A stretch of 64,000 nucleotides of DNA from Prosthecobacter sp. GTDB lineage: Bacteria > Verrucomicrobiota > Verrucomicrobiia > Verrucomicrobiales > Verrucomicrobiaceae. Numbering within the stretch: position 1 is the first letter of the stretch; the number at the start of each line of letters is the position of its first letter. The position numbers were made by a program, and so were the translations under genes. The notes under the pieces were generated by a model. The model ran no database searches. It was not told the origin of the DNA and worked only from the letters and a program-made list of their open reading frames with translations. The stretch lies in NCBI GenBank assembly GCA_044378005.1, contig JBILYB010000011.1; one strand, written 5' to 3'. This document shows positions 55,011-64,000 of this stretch, in pieces.

Positions 55011-56584
55011 CGCGTCTGCGCTCAGTCATACTCTTCTGCACCTCGATGATGCTTCTCCCTGCATGTCAGGGGCTCACAAGCACATCGGGTTCGCATTTGG
55101 ACAAAGCTCATGCGGCCTGGCAGGTGATGCAGCGGGAGACGCCAGACACTGTGGCGTCGCAGAAAGCGCTGAAGGTGTATGATCGGGCGGTGGTCGCTGT
55201 CGTGAGGTCTCTGCGCCAGCATGAAGGCACCGCCGCATGGGGAAAGGTAGTCCAAATAAGCGGGGCGAAGCCGTGGAAGCTGACTTTTGAAACGGCCACT
55301 CAACGAGACTCAGCGCCGACACTGGCGCTGTCCGAGTTTGCACACTGTTGGGTGGCCTCCGACGTGAAGCTGAGCGGATTTGACCGCGTTGTCGTGCATG
55401 GCGGACTGGGCGTGCCGGTGGTGCTGGCGCAGGATGATCCACTTCGCGCTACGCGGCCTTTTCATCCGCCGAAGGGTGAGTTTCTTCCGGCGACGGCGGT
55501 GCTTGAGTTTCCTGATGCTGCCGAAGCAAGGCTCCGATTTTACGACCCGCTGACTGTGTCAGCCATCAAGGTAGGCAGGCACTCATTGCCCATGGCAGAG
55601 AATCTCACAGCCCCGCTACAGTTCTCTTTAACAGACTCGACCATCGACGAGAACGGTTCGGATCGCCTAGCGCCTTCTGCATCAGGTGAGGATGAGTCGA
55701 AGCTGTTTTTCCTCCATCGCTATGACCGAACCAAAGTGCCGGTGGTGTTCGTGCATGGACTGCGCACGGGGCCGGTCGTCTGGAAGAATACCGTCAATGC
55801 CTTGCTCGCTGATCCTGAACTGCGCCGCCGTTATCAGCCCGTGTGTTTTGTTTATCCATCAGGCCTACCCATTCCAACGTCTGCGGCCCGACTGCGAGAG
55901 TTGCTCAAGGCATCGCGCGAGAAGCTTGATCCTGATCATGGCGATGCTGGATTCGACCGCATGGCACTCGTGGGGCACAGCATGGGCGGCTTGCTGGCGC
56001 GTATGCAGGTCATTGATTCCGGGAAGGATTTCTGGCGCTCCTTCTTTGCAGCCTCACCGGAGAAACTGGCGGGTGAGATCGATCCAAAAACGGAACGCAT
56101 CATGCGAAGTGCGCTGTTCTTCAAACAACTGCCCAATGTAAAGACCGTTGTGTTCATCAGCACGCAGCATCAGGGCAGCGAACTCGCTGACAGCGGTATC
56201 CTCCGGGGCATCGCCAAGCTCATTTTATTCCTGCCCAAAACAGCACGAAGCAGCGTGAAGGCCTTAACCGAGCTGCCGCCCACGTTGATCAATCCGACCT
56301 TGCGTTCATTCCAAGGCTGGGGCGTGGAGGGGGTGGAAAACCTTTCCACCAAGCACCCTTACTTCCATGCACTCACGCAGCACTCCATCGACATCCCGTT
56401 TCATTCGATCATCTCCACACGCAACGAGGATGATTACCTCCATGATACCGACGGCGTCGTGCCCTACTGGAGCGCGCATCTGCCTGGAGCCGAGTCAGAA
56501 ACGATCATCCCCTACCCACACGGATGCTTGGAGAAACCAGGCACCGTGCAGGCGGTGATGACCATCTTGAAAGGCAAATCATGA
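55007..56584 (+). CDS. Lipoprotein alpha/beta hydrolase (esterase/lipase)
   Basis: Lipobox LLPAC, VFVHGL, GHSMGG, DGVVP and a C-terminal His. ATGA overlap with the desaturase. Confidence 0.88.
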   Translation: MTRLRSVILFCTSMMLLPACQGLTSTSGSHLDKAHAAWQVMQRETPDTVASQKALKVYDRAVVAVVRSLRQHEGTAAWGKVVQISGAKPWKLTFETATQRDSAPTLALSEFAHCWVASDVKLSGFDRVVVHGGLGVPVVLAQDDPLRATRPFHPPKGEFLPATAVLEFPDAAEARLRFYDPLTVSAIKVGRHSLPMAENLTAPLQFSLTDSTIDENGSDRLAPSASGEDESKLFFLHRYDRTKVPVVFVHGLRTGPVVWKNTVNALLADPELRRRYQPVCFVYPSGLPIPTSAARLRELLKASREKLDPDHGDAGFDRMALVGHSMGGLLARMQVIDSGKDFWRSFFAASPEKLAGEIDPKTERIMRSALFFKQLPNVKTVVFISTQHQGSELADSGILRGIAKLILFLPKTARSSVKALTELPPTLINPTLRSFQGWGVEGVENLSTKHPYFHALTQHSIDIPFHSIISTRNEDDYLHDTDGVVPYWSAHLPGAESETIIPYPHGCLEKPGTVQAVMTILKGKS

Positions 56585-57306
56585 AACCCTCCGTGCCGGA
56601 CACTCCATCCACGACTTCACCGACCTGCGTCTATGAAGCTGTGGCGCTGAAAAAGAACTACGACGACGGTCAGGTGCAGGCCTTGCGCGGCGTGGACTTC
56701 CACATCGAGCAGGGGGAGTTCGTCGCCATCATCGGCTCCAGTGGTTGCGGCAAAACGACCTTGCTTCAGATGCTCGGTGCGCTCGACAAACCAAGCACCG
56801 GCAGCCTGCACTATCGCGGTGACTCGCTGCCTGATCTGGCAGATCCATCGGCCTATCGTGCGCGTGAGATTGGCTTCATTTTTCAATCGTTTCACCTGCT
56901 ACCGACCTTCACCGCGCTGGAGAACATTCAGATTCCGATGCTGGAAAGCGACCTACCTGCCTCCGAGCGTCGAGGGCGAGCACTCACACTGTTGATGTCG
57001 GTGGGGCTTGAGCATCGCGCGCAGCATTTTCCCTCGAAGCTCTCGGGTGGCGAGCGTCAGCGTGTCGCCATCGCCCGCAGCCTGGCCAACGGCCCGTCGG
57101 TGCTGCTGGCGGACGAACCCACGGGTAATCTCGACAGTGAAAATGCACGGATCATTCTCGATCTCCTGGTGCAACTGCATGAGGAGCAAAAGATGACGCT
57201 CGTGCTGGTCACGCATGACATGATCATCGCCAGCAAGGCCGCGCGCAATTTGCAGATGATGGACGGACGCATCGTCTTTGATGGCACTCCCACTCACACC
57301 CCATGA
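56581..57306 (+). CDS. ABC transporter ATP-binding protein (LolD/MacB-like)
   Basis: GSSGCGKT, LSGGERQRVAIAR, LLADEPTGNLD and VTHD. Confidence 0.95.
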   Translation: MKPSVPDTPSTTSPTCVYEAVALKKNYDDGQVQALRGVDFHIEQGEFVAIIGSSGCGKTTLLQMLGALDKPSTGSLHYRGDSLPDLADPSAYRAREIGFIFQSFHLLPTFTALENIQIPMLESDLPASERRGRALTLLMSVGLEHRAQHFPSKLSGGERQRVAIARSLANGPSVLLADEPTGNLDSENARIILDLLVQLHEEQKMTLVLVTHDMIIASKAARNLQMMDGRIVFDGTPTHTP

Positions 57307-58418
57307 CATTCTTTTCCATCGTTGTCCGCGGTCTCACGCGACGTCCGGTTCGCACCGGCCTTACCTTGGTGGGTATCTCTATTGGTATCGCGGCTGTGGT
57401 GGCGCTTGTCGGCATCTCGCGGGGCTTTGAAAAGAGCTGGGAGACGGGCTTGAAGGCGCGCGGCACCGACATAGTCGTCAGCAAAATGGGCAGCTCGCTG
57501 GCACCGAAGCCGTTCAGCGATGCTGTGGCCGCATTGATCGTGGAGTTGCCGCATGTCGCTGCCATCAGCTCGCAGTTTGTGGAGCTGCTGAGTATCGAAA
57601 GCTCGCAGATGATGATGCTCTCGGGCCGTCAGTGGGATGGCTACGCGTGGAAGAACCTCAAGCTGATCTCAGGACGCATGCCGCTCGATGCCAAAGAGCA
57701 GGCCGTGGTGCTCGGCCAGACGGCGGCAGAAGTACTCAAGAAGAAAATCGGCGACCCGCTGCAAATCGAGACCGCTGAACTGACCGTCGTCGGCATCGTT
57801 GATGGCGGCGCGGTGGTGGAGAATGGCTCGGCCATTCTCGCGCTGCCTTTGCTTCAGGGAATCATGGGCGAGCGGGGCCGGATCAACGTCATCGACGTGC
57901 GCGTCACTCCTGGCACCAGCGAGGCTGAACTGAAGCAGCTTTGCGCGGAAATCGTCCGCGGGGCCCCGGATGTGACCGCGATGGCGGCAGGCGAGCATTT
58001 GAGCAACAGCCAGAGCTTCCGCATGGTGAAAGCCATGAGCTGGGGCACCTCGCTGCTGGCCGTGCTCGTCGGCGTGCTTGGAGTCATGAACACGATGCTT
58101 ATGACCGTCTTCGAGCGCAAACAAGAGATCAGCGTTCTGCTGGCGCTCGGTTGGAAACCCAGCCGCATCGTGCGTATGGTGCTGTGGGAGTCGGCACTCC
58201 TCGGTTTCCTCGGTGGCATCGCAGGAGTGTTGATCGGCGTGGCAGGCATCAAACTGCTGCAAGAAACAGAAGCCATCCGTGGATTGCTCGAACCTGACCT
58301 CGGCATCGGTCTTCTACTCACTTCTATTGTCATCGCTGTCGTCGTTGGCGTCATGAGCGGTCTCTACCCCGCCTGGCGCAGCTCCCGCATCACTCCGGCG
58401 CTGGCGCTGCAAGGCTGA
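57303..58418 (+). CDS. ABC transporter permease (FtsX/MacB/LolC-like)
   Basis: 'RTGLTLVGISIGIAAVV', a periplasmic domain, 'ERKQEISVLLALGW' and 'GLYPAWR'. Confidence 0.93.
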   Translation: MTFFSIVVRGLTRRPVRTGLTLVGISIGIAAVVALVGISRGFEKSWETGLKARGTDIVVSKMGSSLAPKPFSDAVAALIVELPHVAAISSQFVELLSIESSQMMMLSGRQWDGYAWKNLKLISGRMPLDAKEQAVVLGQTAAEVLKKKIGDPLQIETAELTVVGIVDGGAVVENGSAILALPLLQGIMGERGRINVIDVRVTPGTSEAELKQLCAEIVRGAPDVTAMAAGEHLSNSQSFRMVKAMSWGTSLLAVLVGVLGVMNTMLMTVFERKQEISVLLALGWKPSRIVRMVLWESALLGFLGGIAGVLIGVAGIKLLQETEAIRGLLEPDLGIGLLLTSIVIAVVVGVMSGLYPAWRSSRITPALALQG

Positions 58419-58431
58419 ACTTTTTAATCCT

Positions 58432-59184
58432 ATGAAAACTATCCACACACTCATCACCTTCGCGCTGCTCGCCTTGTCCGCGAATGCCGCCGACAGCGCC
58501 ATCGAACTCGCCGCCAAACTGAGCGCTGCGCAGCAGGATGGCGCCTCCCTCGTGCGTTTGAAAATGGAGGTGCGAGGAGTCACGCTGCAACTCCAGATCA
58601 AGCAACGCCGCAGCGCCAGCGCCACCGAGGTCGTCTATCAAATCCTCTGGCCCAAAGAGCGTCTCGGCGAATCCGTGCTGCTGAAAAAAATCGGCAATCA
58701 AGCCGCCATCGGCACCCTTTTCGTGCCACCCGTCACCGTGAGCCAGCTTGACATGAAGGATGCGCTGTTTGGCAGCGACGTGTCCTATGCCGATGTCCTC
58801 GAAAATTTCTTCGCGTGGCCCAATCAGACCATCGTCGGCACCGAAGTCGTGAATCGCGTAAGTTGCCAGATCCTCGAATCCAAACCCGGCAAAGGCCAGC
58901 GTTCCAACTACGCTGCCGTCCGCACCTGGGTGGACCCGAAACGCAACGTACCTTTGCGCATCGAGAAATACAACGCCGCAGGCCAAGTGATGCGCCGCAT
59001 AGACTCTGGTCGCGTCGTCACGGATGACATCGGTCGGCAGGTTCCGACGGGCCTCACTGTGACCGATCCGACCAAAGGTTCATCCACCGATTTGGACGGC
59101 TCCAAACTCAAACACGACGTAACTTTCACCGACGCCGAGTTCACGCCCGAAGGTCTCATACAGGTGACCGTGCCGCAAAGCTGA
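58432..59184 (+). CDS. Outer-membrane lipoprotein-sorting (LolA-like) protein
   Basis: Signal peptide, 'LFGSDVSYAD', 'CQILESKP' and 'PLRIEKYN'. Confidence 0.8.
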   Translation: MKTIHTLITFALLALSANAADSAIELAAKLSAAQQDGASLVRLKMEVRGVTLQLQIKQRRSASATEVVYQILWPKERLGESVLLKKIGNQAAIGTLFVPPVTVSQLDMKDALFGSDVSYADVLENFFAWPNQTIVGTEVVNRVSCQILESKPGKGQRSNYAAVRTWVDPKRNVPLRIEKYNAAGQVMRRIDSGRVVTDDIGRQVPTGLTVTDPTKGSSTDLDGSKLKHDVTFTDAEFTPEGLIQVTVPQS

Positions 59185-59186
59185 GT

Positions 59187-59790
59187 AGCTCACACAAAAT
59201 CGGTGCATGAACGCACGGTGAGGCAGTGGAAGCAGCACCAGAGAGACCACGGCACCGAGGCGCTGCTGCTCGCGGACGCCGGATAGGAGATTGGGGCAAG
59301 CTGACCGCGGCGCAAGAGAAGCAAATCCGAGGACTCATTGCCGACAACCTTCCCGAGCAGTTGAAGCTGTCTTTCGCCCTGTGGATACGCAAGGTGGTGG
59401 ACGAGCTGCTGTAGCAGCAGTTTGGCCTCAAGCTGCCGGTGCGCACATCTCAAGCGCACGGACTTCACACCGCAAATGCCCATTAAAGAAAGCCTATGAG
59501 CAGAACACCAAAAAGGTGAAGGCGCGGCTGGAGCAGGAGTAACCGCAGATTGCGGCAGTATCCAAAGCCGAGGGAGCGGAGATCTACTGGGGCTACCAGA
59601 CTGAAGACAACAATCAGCCCAACGCACCCAGGGATTTTTGCGCCGCGAGGACAAACGCCTGTCATCAAGCAGATATCCAAACGCTTCGGCAGCTCGGTGA
59701 TGAGAGCGGTGAGCGACCGGAGGAGCACTCAGGCTCTGGTTTACAAGGGAGCGCTGGACGCAGTTCTGCTCATTCGCCTAGTTTGTCATA
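59187..59790 (+). mobile_element. Degraded IS630-family transposase remnant
   Basis: 'VHERTVRQWKQ' HTH, 'LPEQLKLSFALW', 'FGLKLPVRT', 'FTPQMPIKKAYEQ', 'AEGAEIYWG' and 'APRGQTPV', spread over several frames with in-frame stops. Confidence 0.85.
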
Positions 59791-59907
59791 CGCCATGGCC
59801 GAAACACTGCGGAATGGCAGGCCGATCTCAGAATGGTGTGCAGCCTCTCCATGGTTCACTGGCAGCGGGGTCAGCGAATAAGGCTGCTTGGAGGTGGTGA
59901 CTCAAAG

Positions 59908-60300
59908 TCACTCTGCAGGCTCGCGACGCTTCATGGTAAAGCGCTCAATGCCTTTGCGCATGACGGGGACATTGAAATTGGCCAGCAGTCCCGACCTTAA
60001 ACCACTCAGACGGAGCAATGTCTCCATCTTCTGGCGATCCAGATCGAGCACGTGCTCACTGGAATACACCTGCACAAGACAGGCATCATCGACGATGAGG
60101 TCCAAACGGGCTGCGCTATTGATGCGATGCCCCTGGTAATCAAAGCTGAGCGCCGCACCACGCTCCACTTTCAATTCGAGACCGCGAAGCTCCACGGCGA
60201 GACATTCTTCATAAGCCTCACGCATCAAACCCGGACCAAGCGTACGATGAACCGTCATGCATGCGCCGACGATGAGATGCGGAAGATCGACCGAAATCAT
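59908..60300 (-). CDS. GxxExxY family protein, degenerate variant
   Basis: 'IVGACMTVHRTLGPGL..AYEECLAVEL', 'RLDLIVDD', 'GLLANFNV' and 'GIERF'. Confidence 0.85.
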   Translation of the reverse strand: MISVDLPHLIVGACMTVHRTLGPGLMREAYEECLAVELRGLELKVERGAALSFDYQGHRINSAARLDLIVDDACLVQVYSSEHVLDLDRQKMETLLRLSGLRSGLLANFNVPVMRKGIERFTMKRREPAE

Positions 60301-60566
60301 GGAAGATAGAAGCAATGCAATTGCATGAGGAAAAGCTGGGTGCGTTAAACCGTATGTATGGAAGTTATCGAAAATAAGCCATTTTTGCAACCCGGGATGC
60401 GTTTGGCTCCAAACTTCCACCCGAACCTTTGAATTCGTGAACGACATTCGGAAAACCGGTCTCCATTTTGCTTATCGAGGGAGTGATCACCTCGCAAACC
60501 ACCACCAAAGATTCCCAATTTGAGAATTGCGTATATATTTAACTTATATTAAGTTTACTCAATTTT

Positions 60567-61391
60567 ATGAACCCTTTTAATACATTCCATGTTCTCTCGG
60601 TGTGCCGAGTTTTGGCTGGGCGAATGGGACTGGCTTTCGTTGCTGTCTTGATCACTTCCTGTGGGTCGGCGCCTAAATCTGAAGTCGTTGTCAGCGTGAA
60701 AGACCAAAAGCTGGGACTCTACGACGCTGGTGTTTTGAAGAGGGAGTTTCCCATCTCGACCTCCAAATTCGGCATCGGTGATCAGCCCAACAGCTACCGC
60801 ACTCCCTTGGGCAAGCATGAGATCATCGCCAAAATCGGTCATGGACTGCCCACGGGGGCTGTTTTGAAGAGCCGCTCTTGGAATGGCGAAGTGCTCAAGC
60901 CGAATGCGCCTGGCCGCGACCCCATCGTCTCTCGCATTCTCTGGCTGCGCGGTATGGAAGGAACGAATCGCAACGCCATGAAGCGTTACATTTACATCCA
61001 CGGCACGACCGAGGAGTGCAACCTCGGTAAACCTGCCAGCTATGGATGCATTCGCATGGGGATGAAGGACGTGGTGGAGATCTTTGAAGTCGTTGGAATA
61101 GGAGCTAAAGTCGTGATCACACGGGATAGACTTCCTGCAGGTAGCAAGGCTGAAGAAGCCAAGCCGACACCCGAGGAGGAATCCATCGTTGCGGAGAAGA
61201 AGCCTGAAGCACCAGCCACGTTTGACACCGTTCCAACAGCAGCAGGTCCGGCAGATCAGGCCAAAGAAAAGGCTGATCAATCGACAACTGCCCCTGTGGC
61301 AAAATCCAAGTCCAAGAAGCCAGCCACCAAGGCCGAAAAAATCACTACCGGCAATCGTCGGAACAGCACAGGCCACCTGGCACACGGCTGA
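60567..61391 (+). CDS. L,D-transpeptidase (second copy) with disordered C-terminal tail
   Basis: Lipobox-like ITSC, 'VSVKDQKL' and catalytic 'YIHGT...ASYGCIRM'. Confidence 0.9.
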   Translation: MNPFNTFHVLSVCRVLAGRMGLAFVAVLITSCGSAPKSEVVVSVKDQKLGLYDAGVLKREFPISTSKFGIGDQPNSYRTPLGKHEIIAKIGHGLPTGAVLKSRSWNGEVLKPNAPGRDPIVSRILWLRGMEGTNRNAMKRYIYIHGTTEECNLGKPASYGCIRMGMKDVVEIFEVVGIGAKVVITRDRLPAGSKAEEAKPTPEEESIVAEKKPEAPATFDTVPTAAGPADQAKEKADQSTTAPVAKSKSKKPATKAEKITTGNRRNSTGHLAHG

Positions 61392-61558
61392 TATTTCCCT
61401 GTGCGAAGTTGGGGCGTCGTCTCAAACAGAGCGGTATCCCTGGGTTTCAGAAGGGAGTCAATGCAGCTTCAAAGTCTCTGAGGAAGCTGTTCTTGCGTAA
61501 ACAAAAGAGCTTCCCATCTTCGACGCTCCTTCCTCTTCCCCTTCTCGACCACATCACC

Positions 61559-62491
61559 ATGGAAAACGTCATCATCATCGGCACCGGCTGCGCAGGTTAC
61601 ACCTCAGCGATCTACACTGGACGCGCGAATCTGAACCCTCTGATCCTCTCCGGTAACCAACCTGGCGGTCAGCTCACAACGACGACTGAAGTGGAGAATT
61701 TCCCAGGCTTCCCGGATGGCATCATGGGCCCCGAGCTAATGATGAACATGCAGACCCAGGCCGAGAAATTTGGTGCACGCATCGAGTACACCCTGGTCAC
61801 CAACGTGGAAAAAGCCCCCGAGGGCCATTTCAATATCACCAGTGAAGACGGCACCGTGCGCCAGACGCGCACGGTCATCGTCGCCACGGGTGCCAGCCCG
61901 CGCCACCTCGGTCTTCCCAACGAAAAAAGCCTCATCGGCCACGGCCTCACGAGCTGCGCCACCTGTGACGGTGCCTTTTACCGCAGCGTGCCCGTCTGCG
62001 TCATCGGCGGTGGCGACAGCGCCTGCGAGGAAGCAAACTTCCTCACCCGCTTCGCCAGCACCGTGTACCTCATTCATCGCCGCGACTCACTCCGCGCCTC
62101 GAAAATCATGGCCGATCGCGCGCTCGCGAATCCAAAGATCAAGCCCGTCTGGAACAGCACCGTGGCCGAGTATCTCACCGACGAAAAAGGCGAGGTCCGC
62201 GCCGTCACGTTGGAAAACCTCATCACCGGCGAGAAGAGCGAACTCGAACTCAAGTGCGTCTTTGTCGCCATCGGTCACGTGCCGAACGCCGGCTTCCTCG
62301 GCGACCTCGTGGACAAGGATGAGAACGGCTACATCCTGCAAACCGAGGGCACTCGCACCAAGACCGAAGGCCTTTTCGCGGCAGGCGACGTGGCCGACCA
62401 TGTCTATCGTCAGGCCATCACTGCCGCCGGACAAGGCTGCGCTTCCGCTCTCGAGGCCGAGCGCTACCTCGCCGATCTCGGCGTGGATTGA
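61559..62491 (+). CDS. trxB: Thioredoxin reductase
   Basis: GGQLTTTTEVENFPGF, CATCDG, GGGDSACEEA and YRQAITAAGQG. Confidence 0.96.
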   Translation: MENVIIIGTGCAGYTSAIYTGRANLNPLILSGNQPGGQLTTTTEVENFPGFPDGIMGPELMMNMQTQAEKFGARIEYTLVTNVEKAPEGHFNITSEDGTVRQTRTVIVATGASPRHLGLPNEKSLIGHGLTSCATCDGAFYRSVPVCVIGGGDSACEEANFLTRFASTVYLIHRRDSLRASKIMADRALANPKIKPVWNSTVAEYLTDEKGEVRAVTLENLITGEKSELELKCVFVAIGHVPNAGFLGDLVDKDENGYILQTEGTRTKTEGLFAAGDVADHVYRQAITAAGQGCASALEAERYLADLGVD

Positions 62492-62497
62492 TTTAGA

Positions 62498-63694
62498 TCA
62501 TAGTCCGATCACCATCGTCGTTTCTCCAGCGGCGATGCATTGCCCTTCCTCCAGCCTGAGCAGCGCGTTCGCCTGACTCAGGGCAAAAAGCGCATGACTT
62601 TGCTGAAGCCCGGCGACGTGGAAGACACCGTCACGCAACACCCCGCGCAAGTAGTGCGGACGATTACCATCGTTGGCTAAGGCCGCTGAAACCGTGGCAG
62701 GCAATCGTGGTGGCGAGACATCAGCGGCCCCCATCCAACGAAGCAGTGCTGGACGCACAAAGAACTGGAAGGTGACGAAGGAAGACACTGGATTTCCCGG
62801 CAGCCCGAAGATGGATACGGATCGCGCATCACTGGCACGCGTCGTTTGGGCAAAGAGGAAAGGTTTACCAGGCTTCACCTTCACACGCCAAAGATCAGGA
62901 GTGATCCCGAGTTCGAGCAACGCGGGCTTGATGTGATCATGATCTCCCACGGATACACCGCCGCTGAGCACGATCATGTCGGAGCTTTCCATCAGCGTGC
63001 GCAGCGTGCTGACAGTATCCGCCAGCGTGTCCCGACAATGCACCGTGCTCGTCTCACGGATACCGAGATCTGCCAGCAGTGCCTGAAGCATGAACCCATT
63101 GCTGTTGTAAATTTGGCCCGACTGGAGCGGGCCACTGCCGGGAGGCACAAGTTCATCTCCAGTGCTTAGCACCGCCACACGCGGCGTTTCATGAACCGCG
63201 ATGCTCGCCAGCCCTTGCGATGCCAGCAGCCCGATACGCCCCGGCGTGATCTTTTCCCCACGCCGCAGCATGATCTGTCCCGGACAAAGATCTGCCCCAG
63301 CGCGACGAACGTTTTCCCCATGCTCCACAGGCTCAAGGCATACGATGACATCGCCTTCGCGAATCACGTCCTCCTGCATGATCACCGCATCCGCACGATC
63401 TGGCATCGGTGCTCCAGTAAAAATGCGGATGGCATGACCGGGCGCACATTGAAGCCGGAGATCGAGCCCCGCAGGCTGCTCGCCGAACACGTCGAGCCTC
63501 CCCTGCCCCACCGTGTCCGCCGCGTGAACGGCATAGCCATCCATCATCGAGTTATCGAATCCAGGAATCGGCACCGAGGCGAGAAAGTCACGCGCGATGC
63601 AGCGCCCCAGCGCCGCTGGCAAAGGCAGATCCACGACAGGACCTGGACTGATACGGGAAAGCACGCGCTCCAGCGCCTCGGCTTCAGTGAGCAT
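62498..63694 (-). CDS. moeA: Molybdopterin molybdotransferase
   Basis: [34 protein letters not shown] and GLPGNPVS. Confidence 0.95.
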   Translation of the reverse strand: MLTEAEALERVLSRISPGPVVDLPLPAALGRCIARDFLASVPIPGFDNSMMDGYAVHAADTVGQGRLDVFGEQPAGLDLRLQCAPGHAIRIFTGAPMPDRADAVIMQEDVIREGDVIVCLEPVEHGENVRRAGADLCPGQIMLRRGEKITPGRIGLLASQGLASIAVHETPRVAVLSTGDELVPPGSGPLQSGQIYNSNGFMLQALLADLGIRETSTVHCRDTLADTVSTLRTLMESSDMIVLSGGVSVGDHDHIKPALLELGITPDLWRVKVKPGKPFLFAQTTRASDARSVSIFGLPGNPVSSFVTFQFFVRPALLRWMGAADVSPPRLPATVSAALANDGNRPHYLRGVLRDGVFHVAGLQQSHALFALSQANALLRLEEGQCIAAGETTMVIGL

Positions 63695-63703
63695 GAGTCA
63701 AAA

Positions 63704-64000
63704 TCAAGGCTTCCCACCGACGGGTGGCTCGAGATCACCGAAGCCTTTCGCTGGCGCTTCAGTCGTTGGAGGTGTCGCAGGCTTCGTGATGACTGGCAAA
63801 GTCGGCTCCAGCGGAAGAGTCGGCACCGCACTTCCACTCGTCGCGGGCAACATGCCGGGCAAACTTGGCATTGGCTGATAAGCTGACGTGGCCTCTGGAG
63901 GCGTCGTCGGAGTTGTCGCAGGCGCAGCAGTTGGCGTCGTCGCCTCAGGAACCGGTGTGTGCTGCACGAGCACGAGGTTTGTCACCTCAGGCTGCCCTTC
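63704..64000 (-). CDS. Hypothetical Pro/Thr-rich C-terminus (5' partial)
   Basis: Frame stays open to the window end. Low-complexity P/T/A sequence ends 10 nt before moeA. Confidence 0.6.
   Translation of the reverse strand, partial: EGQPEVTNLVLVQHTPVPEATTPTAAPATTPTTPPEATSAYQPMPSLPGMLPATSGSAVPTLPLEPTLPVITKPATPPTTEAPAKGFGDLEPPVGGKP

Noticed and set aside
1-64000. rRNA, tRNA and CRISPR arrays
   Set aside because: I found no T-loop/cloverleaf signature, rRNA-like tract or regularly spaced direct repeats by eye. A tRNAscan-SE, Infernal or CRISPR scan would be definitive.

Overview
GC-rich bacterial chromosomal window, most likely from Verrucomicrobia (inferred from PVC-type CxxCH heme proteins, a Planctomycete-type cytochrome c domain and the gene repertoire). 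About 60 CDSs are supported. Most are housekeeping or envelope genes: hisC, hisI, pdhB, rfbD, recR, tmk, holB, tsaB, lysC, trxB, moeA, pilD, TonB-ExbBD, two L,D-transpeptidases, NamZ, a D-Ala-D-Ala dipeptidase and two bactofilins. I saw no rRNA, tRNA or CRISPR array. The best candidate for an undescribed system is the tightly coupled operon at 52659-59184. It encodes a stand-alone NRPS condensation domain, a membrane desaturase, a lipoprotein alpha/beta hydrolase, a LolCDE/MacB-like ABC transporter and a LolA-like protein, with no adenylation or carrier domain. It lies between a frameshifted remnant of a filamentous-haemagglutinin C-terminus and a decayed IS630 element. Other notable observations: REP-like palindromes inside open reading frames (10037-10103 and 51144-51223), a hypothetical protein with atypical-kinase motifs, a bactofilin with two zinc ribbons, an NtrC-type activator with Glu at the phospho-Asp position, a GxxExxY protein with a degenerate active site, and a structured leader before an Rrf2 regulator. 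All family assignments come from motifs recognised by eye, with no database searches. Start codons were adjusted by eye where the ORF track overextends.
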